Source: Felis catus (Eukaryota). Taken from it: a stretch of DNA of 64,000 nucleotides. The translations under genes and the position numbers were made by a program. The first letter of the stretch is position 1, and each line of letters starts with the position of its first letter. The notes beneath the pieces are model-generated. The model saw only the letters and a program-made list of their open reading frames with translations, had not been told where the DNA came from and made no database searches. Location of the stretch: contig NC_058368.1 in the NCBI RefSeq assembly GCF_018350175.1, positions 80,602,001 through 80,666,000 of the forward strand. Direction: 5' to 3'. This document shows, one piece after another, positions 21,386 through 34,500 of this stretch.

Positions 21386-24300
21386 TTGCACTTTACCATC
21401 TTTGAGATGTTTCTCAAAGTTTGACTTTTGTAACTATTCACGCTAAGTTTTAAAGTTAATGCAGTGTACTTGTTACCTTCCTGGCTCTAAACGTTAGCAC
21501 CTAACTTATTTGAGTCCTTCTGCTCCGACCCCTGTTTGACACCGGAGGGCTGCTCTTTTCAGACTCACCCCATTGGCATTGCGGACAGCCTGGGGGCCTG
21601 CTGCAGGCTGGTGGGGCGCTGTGTTTGTGCATGGGTGTCTGAGCCCACTGCCCCGCTTGCTGTGGACCCCCGTGTACGCCTGCAGGAGAATGCAGTGGTT
21701 CACCGGCTTCCTGTCTTCTTCTCCCAGACCATCACACCGTCGTCCTGGGGGCCGGGTCTTCTTTGTAAAATAAGGTTGGCGTGAAGTCTTGAGCACAGCG
21801 CCCAGAGGCCTCCGTGGATGTTGGAGCCTCCCTCCCTGCCTGGTGGGGCTTCGGCCTCTCTGCTGCTTTCTGTTTGTGGAGGCTGAAAGCCGGCTGGTGC
21901 TTTCTTTGCTCCGGTGGTCTTCCCCACTTCTCAGGGTTTATCACTCCCACCCCCCCCCCCCCGCCACCCCTTCCTGTAGACCACCTAAAACATGGGGCTG
22001 GGGTTTCTTTTGATCTGGGTGGTCCCTGCCCTCGTTCGTATGTGGGTGTTGATACCGTCAAATGCACAGCGTTGAATATGCTTTAATTCTCATTTTAAAG
22101 TGGAAAGTTGTTTGGGGGCACACTGGGTGACTGGTAGGTATTGATAGAAGCCATCGCCAAGCTAGTTTTATCCCTGGAGTGGAGGAGTAGGCAGGACTAA
22201 GAACAAACCTGCAGAAGCCAAGGGGGCGAAATCACTGCAGAGTCCTGTTCCTCCCGTGTCCCCATCAGTATGGACCATTTGCAGTAAACTGAAATAGCAG
22301 GACTTCAAGACTCCTTTCTGCTCCTCTTGCCACAAAATCCAATTTCTCTTGACAATGTGATAGGACAAAATTATATTTTTAACTTGGCGAACTACACTCC
22401 AGAACCGTGCCAAGAGTAAGTTTCTTGCGTCAGAAATAGCTTCCTCATAAACTCCCTGGAGGAGCTGACCTGGCTCCTTGCATTTGGAACATTAAAGCTA
22501 CAAGAGTTGAACGTGCTTGGCTGGCCTCCCCTTGTGGGGGTCTCTCCTTTAGCCCTGAGATGGTAGAAAGAATGTCTGTACGTTCCCTGTGATTTTCTTG
22601 TTGCATGTACCCAGGGTGTCCTCAGCCAGGGGCATAACTTAGGCACGCGTTCTCTTCAGTGGCTGTGGTTGGTGGTCTGCAGTCAGTGGGTGGTGGTCGA
22701 GCCCTGGGGAACGTGCAGAGGGCAGCCGAGGCAGCCCACAGATCTCCACTACCCTGTTTCTCAGGTTCTGTGTAGCCCCCAGTGCTGCAGGGGGTCCCCA
22801 CCCTGCTCACTGGGGTCGTGCACAAGATGCTGGGAGGATGTGTGTGTCACCTTGGCTCCCGGGGCCCCTCTGCCTCTCTGGCTGTGGGGTTGTGACCGGT
22901 GGCTCAGGGCCAGCCATTCGCTGCTAGGATGGCAGGCTCGTTGCTGTTGGCCTGGGGCTGCATAACCTCAGTAGGAGGAGTGTTCCTGAAACTGCAGCCC
23001 ATGCCGGAGACAGTAGACAAAAAGATGGCCCAGAACTTATGACTTCTGCACTGTGGCTCTTAACTTTTTCGACTTGTTACCTGAACAGTGCTGTTTCGTT
23101 TAAGCTGGTTCGAATTTTATTTCTAGTCGAAAGATTTGACTGAGGGGGTCTTTCTTATATGATGAGTGATACCATCAACTTGGTGCTGTGGTTTGCTTTT
23201 TTATTGTGTGGAAGACATTCTGATTTCCAGTATTATCAGTGACATTTGGAAGTCAGGGTGAAGCAAGGCCCCCATTGTGAGCTGGGCGGGGGGGGGAGGG
23301 GGTGGTGGGGAGAGCCTTTCAGGCCTTACTACGTTAGGCATCCTTTAGTTACATTTTTGGGAACCCTGTCCCACTTCGTTGTGAGGTGTGTCCGCACTCC
23401 ACAGAATGCAGAGTGACATTCTGTGACAGTGGAGCCATCCAGGGAAGAGGTATGGGCACCTGATTTGAGGGGAGAGGTGTACATGCGGTTGGGACTCCCG
23501 TGGCGGTGGACATGGTGCTGGTTTTCAAGCACCGTGCTCACACTTCTGGGCACTCGTTTCTCAAGTTGGGGCCGGGGCCCTTCCCTCTAGTGGGCCGCAC
23601 GGGGGCCTCCTTAGGGACAGCATGGCACGCAGGTCTGCAGTCCTGAGTCGCAGGCACTGTGCTGGTCTTCCTGTCGAGTGCCCACATCGCTGCTGTGAGG
23701 ACTGGAGCACATGGCTGTGGTGGGCAGCCTGGTTGAGACCCAGCCCTGGGGATGCTTTCAGGCCGCCTCCGAGAGACCAGAGCTGTGTCCCCCGGTGGAG
23801 CCTCTGGGAACTGCTGACACCCCAGGACCTGCGAGGTAGGTTGTGGAGGGCCCTGAGGCTGAGGGACCTGTTACTTAGACGCCGAGCGGCGGTCTAGGCG
23901 ATGGAGGTTGAAGGTGGTGAAGCCCTCTGTCGCTCTGCTGGCCCTGCCTGCCTTCTGGTTCCTAGGGCACCTGGTGTAGAGTGGCGGACCAGTCGAGGGT
24001 GCGTGAGAAAGATCGAGTGCTTGCAGGGCCAGCCTGTGGACACATGGTGTCTTTTCTTCATGGAGGCTACGTGAAGCCGTCACTCCCGAGCAGTTACGTG
24101 ACAACTGCGTCCAGAGTTTGGGAAGGAAGGGAAAACCTCGTTTGCTCTGCAATAAGAAGTGCTTTGTGGGGAACAGTTTTTCCTGTTTTGAATAGCTGAG
24201 GGTTGTTTTATCCAGCGAAGAGGTTTTAACTTTGACCCTTTAGTGTTAACTTGGCCTGAGTCTAAATGACCTGTTTCACTTAATGTCTTCTTTTTTTTTT

Positions 24301-27300
24301 TTTTTTTTGAAGATGTACTCTGTCCCCTTCAAGAATCCCTTCTGTTGTGGAAAATGTGGCATGTGGGTGTATTGCCAGTTCTTGCCAGATGCTGTCATTC
24401 AGCCCCCACATCTCCGAGACTCTGAAGCCCAGAGGTTTATCCTCCTGGCTGCGTGTTAGCTACAAATAGGGTGTTGCTGTGCTCTCAGGGTCATCTTGAT
24501 GCTGCAGTTCTGGCCTGGGCCTGCCTGTCTCCTTCAGATGGGCGGATACCCCCAAAGGCTCCTACAGCTTCTGCTCGGGGCTGGCATGCATCATCCTGCT
24601 CAGAGCTGGTGCGCGTGCGTGCGTGGACCGAGCCCACGGGGAGGCGTGGCAGGGGGTGGGGAGCAGATGCTGGAGCTAACTGACCAGCTGCGGTGAATTG
24701 GAGTTAGACCAAAAAGTCGGAAAATGATGTGATGAATGGGACGGTTCTAGATTGGGTCCGCATCTGCTCTTAGAACTTGTGCCTTGGAAACCCGTTTACT
24801 TCAGAGCAGTCTTCTGTTGCTTAAGGCTTTCCTGAGAACCACGGCGGCTTCTCCTCATGCAGCCCTCCTCTGTCAGGTTGAGGTTCGTGTGTTCGGGGAG
24901 CTCTCGCAGGGAGGGGGGGGAGTGTGGCGGGGGTGTCACCCTCCTGTTACTGCCCTGCCGGGTGGATGCTGGTGATGTCTGCTTCATTTGTGTGGCACAG
25001 CCCCGTCTTCCTGTATAGGTGAGCCTTCCTGATTTCCGGTGTGTGTTCAGGAGCTAAACTTGGTAGTGCATGTGACCGTGTAAGTCAAAATAGAAGATGT
25101 TTAGAGGACTAGAGGAAGTTCGGGCTGGGAGGGTGAACCTGGCCAGATCGCCCTGTCTTTGGTGGTATGTGTTAGCCCTTCTGGTGACATCACAGGCAGG
25201 ATTTCTGGGGTTAGTGGTCGGGGGGTGGGGTGGGTGCTCTGAGGGGTTGGTTTGTCTGGGCCTCTGCTGGGCGGGCGGCCTCTCAGGCCTGACCGTGACC
25301 TCCTGACACAGATGGTGCGCCCTCCTCCCTCTGCTGTTGGTTTAGAGCTGAGGGGCTCCACATCTGTGAACATGCGTGCTTGTCCCTCCTTTTGAAAAAA
25401 CCCCTCCTGACCTCTTGGAGCAGGTGCTGGTGGGATGGGGCTTTGCCCTGCCCCCACCTCTCCTGAGCCATGTGATTCTCTTGCCCACTGGTGGGCTGGG
25501 GTCCTGCTGACTTCTCCTTTCCTGTGTCCTGTCATCCACCTGGAACCTGGTGCAGGGGCGTGGCTCTGGTGCAGGGGGGCACCCTAACCCTCCTCTGTGG
25601 CCTCGTAACTCCTTCCCCTGCTTTCCTCCTTCAGCCTTCACGAGGTGTCCTGGGAAGGCCGGCTCTCTTGACCCTGCTTCTCCTTTCCTCCCAGTTTATG
25701 GCCCTCCTCTAAGTGGTGTCCTGTGTCGGGGGGTGGGGGGGGGGGCCTTGCAGGTTGGCCAGTGGCGTTTCTCTCCCTCCTCAGGCGGGGAAGCGGCGCC
25801 CGGGCCATGCGGTGACCTTCCACAGGGGCCCTCGGCGGGCCTGTGCTCCTGTGCCGGCCCTCCGTGCCCTTCCTCCTGGTTTGGACTGGACGCTCCTAGG
25901 TGTGGGGGGCCACAGGGCCCGGTTGGTCTGAGGTGGCCCAGGCGTACATGTGCTGTCCCGAACTGACTTCCTCTCGAGCTCCTGTTTGTGCAGAGCGACT
26001 GGCGTGGTGGTTGTGTGTGTCCTGCGGACACTGCCGCTCCCCGCCTTGTGCCTCGCTCTCTGTCCACTCCCCACTTCACGTCTCGCTTGTGCTGCTTTGT
26101 TCGGAGCTCTTCCGTCAGCCTTCCCTTTCTTTCAAGGTTCTCTGCAGGTTGTACCTTGTTTAGGGACACCTGGGACTGGCCGGAGTTGTAAAGAAACAGC
26201 CTGGAGACTTCCTTGGTAGCTTTTGGTGTCCCCTGGCATAGCCGTGTGCTCTTTTGTTGAGTTTAACCCCGTGTGGGCGCCCCCCAGTGGAGATGGGGGG
26301 CAGGTCCCACCAGAGGACCTGAGAGCCCGGTTCTGCCCTGCTGGTGCTGCTGGCCCCCGTGGCTGGCCTGTCTGTGATGTCCTGTGCTGCCTGCCTTGGG
26401 GTGGGGATGCTATTTATGCTGATACTTTCAGGAGGATTCCAGCAGTGCCCTGCTTTGGCCGAATCAAGGAGAATGATGTATTCGGGGGTAGAATCTTTTT
26501 GGTATTTGGCATTCTTCCCTGTTAAAGGAGGAGATGATTATCTTAATTATCTTTATCTAATGAAATAGTTTCATTTACTGCTTTTTTTGGTGGAGAAAAC
26601 TGCAGCCTTCTTCCTTGATGTGGTGGTGGTTGGTAGATGTGTGGTCCCGTGTGAGCTCATAATGGGGGCTGCAGCCAGAAGGGAGCCCCAGGTTTCTTGG
26701 GGCATCTGGCAGGTGCCCAGTTGGGGACCCGAGGTGTAGAGGAGAGCCGTGTGTAGCGATGCTGCTGCCTCGGTGGATCCAAGTCCAGGCTGGGGGAGGG
26801 TGGGCCCTCTTCAGGCTGCATAGTGTGTCAGCAGGTTCTTAGAAGTCCCTTCTGGGCTGGGGAGGCAGGACTCCCGGACCCAGAGCCTCGATTTAATATC
26901 CTTTCCTTCCTGTTGCAAGGAGGTCTGTTTCCCCAGGCAGGACCTTTCGCTGGGGTGCTGTGGTGGCCTTATTGGGCGGCACTCCCCTGCTGCTGAGGGC
27001 ATCTGTCTGCTCTGCGTGAGCCCTGCTAACAGCAGCTGCCCTTGAGGTTCACGCTGCCTGCACCCTCCCCGTCTTGGCCTCCCGTGCTGCTTGGAGTTTG
27101 AGATTGTTTCCCACTGTGTTAAGAATGGGCTCAGGTGAAGCTGACCGTGGTTTCCCCTCCTGAGAGTTGACTGTGTGACAAGGCAGCGGATAGTTCAGCG
27201 TTGGGCAGACCGCGCAGGGAATGGCCGTTCTGCGGAAGTGTTCCCACATAGTGCTAGCCATCCGGGGCCAGCGAGGGCGGGGAGCCGGGCAGCAGGTACA

Positions 27301-27820
27301 CCAGAGCCTTGAGCAGACCCGTGTGCAGGCTGCGGGGCTGCCCTTCCTCTTATGTGCTGGTGTATTTCCCTCGTGAGCCTTGGGGTGCCGCGGTGTCCAC
27401 GCTGTCAGGGTGGACAGGTGAGTGGGAGGGAGGGCTGGGCTGTCAGAAGCAGCAGCTTCAGGGGTGGGAGTTTTGGGTGGGAACCTGAGCACTTTGATGG
27501 AGTAGGGTCCTTCAGGATGCAGAGAGGTGCAGTGTCGTGCTCCAGGGCGCGTGGTGTGGATGCCTGTACTCCCTTCTCTGGTCCGGTGAGGCCTCTGCTT
27601 CTGGGCACCCCCCAGGCATCGAGGAAGCTTTTTTTCTTGGTAACTGTGTTTTGGAAAACCGTTTTCTATGGTAGAATGTGGTTATTGATGGGTCAGTATT
27701 ATAGGAAACCTGAAGCTTGGTGAGCAAGACTTCAGTTCTTAAAATCTGTTCCTAATCCAACATGTGAGACATTTGCATGTTGCTTTCTGTCCTTGTCAGT
27801 ATGTTTTTCCTTCCCATTTT

Positions 27821-28037
27821 TTTTAAATTTTTTTTTTTAACGTTTATTTATTTTTGAAACAGAGACACAGCATGAACGGGGGAGGGGCAGAGAGAGAGGG
27901 AGACACAGAATTGGAAGCAGGCTCCAGGCTCTGAGCCATCCGCCCAGAGCCTGACGCGGAGCTCGAACTCACGGACCGCGAGATTGTGACCTGAGCTGAA
28001 GTCGGATGCTTAACCGACTGAGCCACCCAGGCGCCCC
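27821..28037 (-). mobile_element. Young feline CAN-SINE (SINEC_Fc-like)
   Basis: CpG-rich body; perfect TSD tccttcccatttt at 27808-27820 and 28038-28050. Confidence 0.95.
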
Positions 28038-29829
28038 TCCTTCCCATTTTAAGGATGAGAAAGCAGAAGCCTGGGAGGGCTTCCGTACATTGTGAGGCTA
28101 TAACAAGCGAGGGCAGCCTCCACACAGGAAAGGGCCGGCTGCTCAGGGCTCAGGCTCCTTGGACAGTGCTGTGTTGTCACTTGGAACACGCTGCTCACCT
28201 CTGTCCTGCTCTCTCTGGGGGTCGTGTTTGCTCCCTGTCACTATAGTATTGTTGCTTTTGATTAATAAAATACTAAATATCAACAAATTTAGTATTTTGA
28301 GGGGGGGAACAGGATCATTTTACTTCAAGAATATTGGATTCTGCTGTATACATTTAATTCACGTAAATGCGAAAGTGAGGGTGAGTGTTTGGGGATATGC
28401 TTTTCCAATATCTCTGGGCCACAGAGTGGTCCCTCCTCACTGTGAGTTTGGTCTTGGTCTGGAGTGGAGCCCGCCTGGGGAGAGGATTCACACCTTCCTT
28501 GTCCCTCCAGGGCTTTTTTCCCCCTGCTGCCTGGAATCACATGGGGTCAGGGTTCCTCAGGGGTGCTAATTTAACTGGCCTGGGGTTTGGCCAGAGTGTC
28601 TTGGTTTTCTGAATCCCTGGAGATGCAGCCTCTCCTGAGAACCTCTGCTCCGCCACCGGAGGCAAAGGGGACCCCAGTGTTGGCTTCCTTCCTCCCGCTG
28701 GCTCCTGACCCCAGCCAGGGTGGGCGGTGCTGCTCTTTCGGCCACATGGGTAGGCCCTGAGGTGGGGCCAGTGTCCTTAAGCGCGGAGTGCCCTGGACAG
28801 CGGAGTGTGCCGGTGTCCTGATCGTTCTCCCGCGTGTGGGCTGACTTGTGCCGAGACGCTAAAACAGAAGTTCTAATGAGACTTTTCTCCTAGTGCAGAC
28901 TCTTTACTCAAGAGTTTTCTGGTTTTCTTTTTCTTTTGGTTGAATAGTTTCCTAATTCGGGAAATAGTCTTTTTTTAGAGCTGGGCTTTAGTCAGAACAT
29001 TTCATGGATTCAGAATGTGTGTTTCTCAGCGGCAAGCGTTTGTCTCCTCTCGTGTAGTTTCCTGTGAAGAAATGTAGCACAGATGTGAATCCACTTAAGT
29101 TGTGGGGTCACATGGAAGCCCGTCGGTGGGAAGGTTCGGCCAACCAGACGCTTCCTGGTATCCAAGTAAGAGAGATATATAGTTCTGGAATAACAGGAAG
29201 CTGCAGCTTTCAGCATCCTGTTTTTCTGGGTTTTGTGACTTGCTGCCTCACCACAATGAAGGTTAGTAGACCTTTTTATGTTGAATTCTTCTCATAGGGT
29301 ACTGCGTATTTAATTTTCCTATCTCTAAAACTGGAACTTCAGAGCTGAAAGACGGGCAGATTAGCTGCTCCTGCGTTTTACAAAGGAACGTTGATGTTCG
29401 ACACAAGGAAGCAGAGGCCTGTCAAAGTTAATGCTCTTCATGGTGCTCCTAAAAAATGCAACTAACACGTTAAACAAAACGTAGGTAGATGTGTCCGCCT
29501 AGATAATGCTCATTTGACTCGTTTCTGAAATCTCACAAATGAATTAGATTCTGTGTTGTATAAGCTGATTCTAAAGACGCTCTGTTGGAAGGGGTGCTTT
29601 TTACAGGAAGGGTCTGGCGTGAAATTGATTCATTTTGTACGTCAGCTGTGTGAGAAATGGCACCAGTGACTGTCTGGAATGCTTAGATGCGGTCACATGT
29701 AGGCGTTAGGCTCTGTTCAGTTTCTTCCAGCTTTTAGAAAAAGCAAGCTGTATGTCCAGCTCCTCCCTTGACTCCATGATTTGATGGCCTCCTTTCTTGA
29801 AGTTCTTCAGTTTTTCTTTTGTTTGTTGG

Positions 29830-30044
29830 TGTTTTTTAAAAAATTTTTTTAATGTTTATTTACTTTTGAGAGAGAGAATGCGCACGAGCACATGAGTGAG
29901 CGGGGGAGGCACAGAGAGAGGGAGACACAGAATCTGAAGCAGGCTCCAGGCTCTGAGCCGTCAGCACAGAGCCCGACGTGGGGCTCGAACCCATGAGCTG
30001 TGAGATCATGACCTGAGTCGGACGCTTAACCACCCAGGGGCCCC
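29830..30044 (-). mobile_element. Feline CAN-SINE with small internal deletions
   Basis: SINEC body ending …gacgcttaaccacccaggggcccc. Confidence 0.9.
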
Positions 30045-30876
30045 TGTTTGCTCATGTTTAAATAAACCTACCTCATGGTTTTTACTCATTTCAGAAATTA
30101 AAGGCAGAAGGCCATTAACTGAAGAATTTTGAGGAAGGCAGCAATTAGATTTGGAAAGGCTCCCCTTAGCTGCTCTGTGTGTGAATGTCCCGCATGGTGA
30201 CATTTAACACCGCAGGGTGGATGGATGGGTCGACTGGTGCATTTATCCATTCAGCAGACGTTGGACCTTTTGTACTGTGTGCTGGCCGTTTTGCTAGATG
30301 TTGGGAGTTGTAAACTCTGGTTTCGTGGGTTTTCCAGTGTAGGGTGGCTATACACGCGGGATGTGAGGTTGTCCTTGAGGTGAGTGTGCTGGGAGAGCTT
30401 GGTTAGGGCGCCTGACCTAGTCTGGTGCGGAAGTGTGGCCAGGAGTCCTGTGAGGACTTAGGGGGTGGGGGCTGGGAGGCAGGAAGAAGAGGGGTTCCTG
30501 GCAGGATGTGAAGTGGAGGAGGGGAGGGAGGAGGGGAGAGGTGGCCGGGCCCTCCTTCTCCTGACCCTCCTTCCTGGAGTGGCTGGTGATGTCTGTTCAT
30601 TTTTGCCCTGGTGCGAGAAACTTAAGGCTGTTAACAGAGTTTACGTTTGGGTCTCTAAATACACCTTTGTTATCGACATCCTGAAAGAAATATTTTCATA
30701 ATTTTTCTGGCACCGTTGTAGGTGATTTTACTGTTACAATCTTTTGTGGTGGTTACCTGATGATCAAAAGCCGTGTGTGTCCTCCAGGCAGTATTTGGGA
30801 GTGAGATCTGTGTGTGTGCCTGTGCGCACACTTGCAGACCAGCTGTAAGGTATCTAGGCAAGCTGACGTGTTCTCT

Positions 30877-30880
<4 letters not shown>

Positions 30881-30938
<58 letters not shown>
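30881..30938 (+). repeat. (GT)29 microsatellite
   Basis: Direct reading. Confidence 0.97.
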
Positions 30939-30941
<3 letters not shown>

Positions 30942-31464
30942 TGCACCTGCGTGCCGGGATGGACTCTCCTGTGTGCTGGGTCTGTAGGTGGCCGAGGTTG
31001 GAGGAGGTATAGACTAGCCCATCCCGGTCAGGCCTCAGTGCGGTGCCTGGAGAGCAGAGGTGTCCCCGGAGCTACTGGTCTGTCCCTCTTCCGGAATCCA
31101 CTTCTGTCTTCCCTTCCTCCTGCTGTCAGCATGTGTTTCTCTTGCTGTGCTTGGCTGTGGAGTGGACTTGGGGCTGGGACAGGATCTAGAAGCAAGCCCA
31201 GTAGCTCATGGGGCTCCACCCTGTGTTGCCGAGGGGGTTGGGCCAGGTGGGGAGTTGGCAGTGAGGACGCTGGTCTCCTGCCCCACATCAGAGTGTGCCT
31301 GCACCGGGAGCTCTGACTGGCCCCTGCCCTCTGCTGGAAGCTGAGGCCACCGGTCTGCTCCTTGCAGGCTGGGCTGACTCTTAAGGACTTGCTCAGCCAA
31401 TCCTGCTGTGGTCCTCCCGTTGCTGTGAGAACTTCGTTTGTCCTGTACCCGACAGAGGAGACCC

Positions 31465-31471
31465 TACTAAC
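31465..31471 (+). promoter_or_regulatory. Consensus branch point TACTAAC for the exon 3 acceptor
   Basis: TACTAAC, then a pyrimidine tract, then AG at 31491-31492; branch A (31470) is about 22 nt upstream of the splice site. Confidence 0.8.
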
Positions 31472-31492
31472 TTGTTTAATTTTTCCTTTCAG

Positions 31493-31577
31493 ACATTTGA
31501 TGCAAATGATTTGTATCAGGGGCAGAATTTTAACAAGGTCCTCAGTTCCTTAGTGACTCTAAACAAAGTAACAGCAG
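31493..31577 (+). CDS. ARHGEF7: ARHGEF7 exon 3 (end of CH domain): TFDANDLYQGQNFNKVLSSLVTLNKVTA
   Basis: Acceptor ttttcctttcag|ACA, donor CAG|gtaaga; 85 nt, phase 0/1; typical CH-domain motif FDANDLY…NFNKVLSSL. Confidence 0.97.
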
Positions 31578-34500
31578 GTAAGAACTTTTTATTGAACTTG
31601 AGGGGGTGGGAAGACCAAAGGGCAAAAACATGTGCGTTTCGGTTGGCAAGGCAGACATGAGCATTATAGAATTAAAAAGAAAACAAACCATCCTGTTACA
31701 TTTTTGGCTTTAATTTTTGCTGTGATATTTTCTTCTTAGATCAGAGTCTTGCTGTTCGGGCCTCTGGTGGATAGCAGGTGTTTTCCTTTCTGTGGGCAGA
31801 AAGCTTGCTGCCTGCCACCTTAGCAGAGGAGAAAGGTGTTTTGTGTGGGTGGACTCCCAGGCTGTCTTGGAGCTAGAAGCACCTTTCTCTGGGTTTTTAT
31901 TTCTTTTGATGAAAGCTTACATTTAGGGAGCAGGTGTAGTGCCAGTTTGAGAGGTGTGACCATGACAAGGAGGCAGCCAGCGAGGTAGCCCTAAAGTAAC
32001 CCCCTGCCACGGCCAGGCTTTCTGCGGGCTGTGACGGTGCCCAGGGTATGGGTTCTGCTGTGTTGGGGAGCCCGGGCCCTCCTTCAGTGAAGGGGTGAGT
32101 GGAGCTGAGGATACCCTGTGCTGCTCTTCTGGGCTCCCAGGTACAGGGAGGACAGGAGAGCTTCTGTGCACATTTCTTGGAGGGAGGCACTGCCTGTCCC
32201 CGAGCACCGAGAAGCTCTGTCTTTGGAGAGCTGTGTGGATCTAAAAGAACTTAGTGGCGCTTCTGTCTTAAAGTCATTTTTATTTTTCCATTTCCCTCTA
32301 CGCAGTTTTAGTTTCAGGTTTACGGGGGAATGTTGACCTTGGGGTCTTTTGATGAGAACCTCAAGTGGTTTTCTGAGGGGCTCTTGTCCCTGTTTTCCTG
32401 GCCCTTCAGAGGGAGTGTGGGGAGGAGCAGAAGCAAAGCATCTCAAGCTGTAGTCCCAGCTCTGCGGTGCTCTCTGCTCAGGGCTCAGGTAGCCCCCTCC
32501 TAGAACTTGCTTGCTGGGATGGCTGTCTGCACGGAGGTGGGGGGTGGGGGAGGGGGCGCGGGAGGCACTACCCAGAGCACCTGCCGCTGCCCCCCAGCTC
32601 CAGGCAGGGCTTTTGATGTGGCTGCGTTTTCCCAGCCTATCTGTGCGGTTTGAAGTTGAAAACCTCCTAGGGCTGTTGAGATGGATTATCTGGGGAATTC
32701 GCTCCATTGATAAGATAGGACCTTCTGTGATCAAGTGTGGGATTGTCGGTGAGGTTCTGACTCCAGGAGGAGGGAGAACGACCAGGATGGAGAAGGTGGG
32801 GGGGGGGGGGTACAAAGATAAATGTAGTTAGTATTATCCTCCCACGTGATGTTCTACAAACAGAACTTCGTGGCATTTTGTGAAGGTTATTAGGCAGTGA
32901 AGCTGCCTTCTCTAGTCCCACATTGTAAAAACGCTAGCTTGACGGCGAACAAGCCGATTAGAAAGATTATGTAGTGGTGGGGGTAATACAATGATGGAAA
33001 CCTGTAGATCAGATCCCCGGAATTTAACGGAAGAAGAAACTGGTGCAGAGGGTACGGTTGTGTTTCTTCGCCATGTGGGGCCTGTGTGCCAGCTGCTTCT
33101 AATAACCATCTGTGCCTCAGAGTTTCACGGGAGCGTCTGAGGGCTGATGGAGGGCTCCATGGCAGGCGGGACAAGAATGGCAGATGTGACAAGTACACGT
33201 CGTTTTTTTACTGTGACCCTGCTGCTCCCAGGGCATCCTTCTCTGGTGGCTGGTAGGGGACAAGAGGGCCACTTTGGCTTTGCTTCTGCATGCTGGGTCT
33301 CGCTGCAGTTGAGGGACAGGTGCCAAGTTGGGGAGGACGAGAGGGGAGGCGATGGGGCCGGCTGTGATCCGTGCCCTTGGGCGTGTGCTCCTTGTAATAG
33401 AACGTGGCCTGGGTCCCATCGCTCCCGGGCACGTTACTGTCGCTTCCCCCTCCTCCTTGTGCAGCAGTGGTGCTCCTGTGCCCTGACAGCATTGGACATG
33501 GAGTGAGTAAGATGTCCTTTCTGGAAACCTGCTTGGAAGTTAGGGAATCAGTGGGGCTCTTCAGCATTGACATGGTCTCTCAGCTGGAAGGAATTTTCGC
33601 TCTTATATTGGGCTACTTGATTTTAAATTTTGTTCCTGAGGCCTGTGTGCTGGAAGTGACCCTGTCTTTTTAACTCCCTTTTAGATTCACTTTTAAATGA
33701 ATGAGAAAAGTCTGTTACTATTTTCACTTCTGCCACTTGAAGACCCTTGTCTCCAGATGTATTGATAAATACTTGCCTTTTAACTGGACAGAAGAAAGAC
33801 AGCTGACAGGAAGTGTAAGGGATGTCGTGGGACTCCTTCATGCACTAAATGTTCCCTTGAAAGGTGGAGTCAGGTGACAGCCGGGCGAGGGTGAGGAGGA
33901 CAAGTGTGCAGCTGCTGGGGGTGGAATCTCCACGAAATGACCTTGAGGAGCTGGTTTTGTGCTTGAGATTCCCAAGGCCTGTGCCCACCCTTAGTAGAAA
34001 ACACTGACAATTATGCACAGCCTGAAGCAGGACCTGAGAATTGTAGGGGCCTTTGGAGGTGCCCTGGTAGGGATTCAGGACTGGGCTGTCGAGGCTGTTG
34101 TAGGACTGGGTTTCCAGACACCAGTGTCCATGGAGCCAGGCGGAAGCCCAGGGAAGCGGCCGCTGTCTGTGCGCGCAGCCCTGCTCGGCTCTCGGAAAAC
34201 TGGAGCCTGGAGCCGCAGCCCGTGTACCTCAACAGCAGCTGGAAATCAGGGCCTTCCTGTGATAACTTCAGACCTGCAGTTGACAGCGGAAAATTTTGTA
34301 AGACCCTGTGTAAGCCAACCCCAACAGATCCTTCAGAAAAATAGGAACTGGAGATCACGTTTAAGGATATTTTTATAGATGGCTCCCTACGTATGTAGTG
34401 CCTTTGAGAGAATGCTAGCTGTGTGGATCTTGGTCTGGCGATTTCCTTAGAAAACCTCTTCATGGCCTTGTTTTTTGGTCAACTGACTTCTAAGAAGCGG

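Noticed and set aside
2991..31492. Orthologue of the short cassette insert I recall between exons 2 and 3 in one human ARHGEF7 isoform
   Set aside because: No matching peptide seen by eye or in the ORF track; exons 2 and 3 join in frame without it. A TBLASTN search would be needed to be sure.
32084..32815. 243-aa minus-strand ORF in intron 3
   Set aside because: Non-ATG start, low-complexity P/S/G-rich content, no homology recognised.
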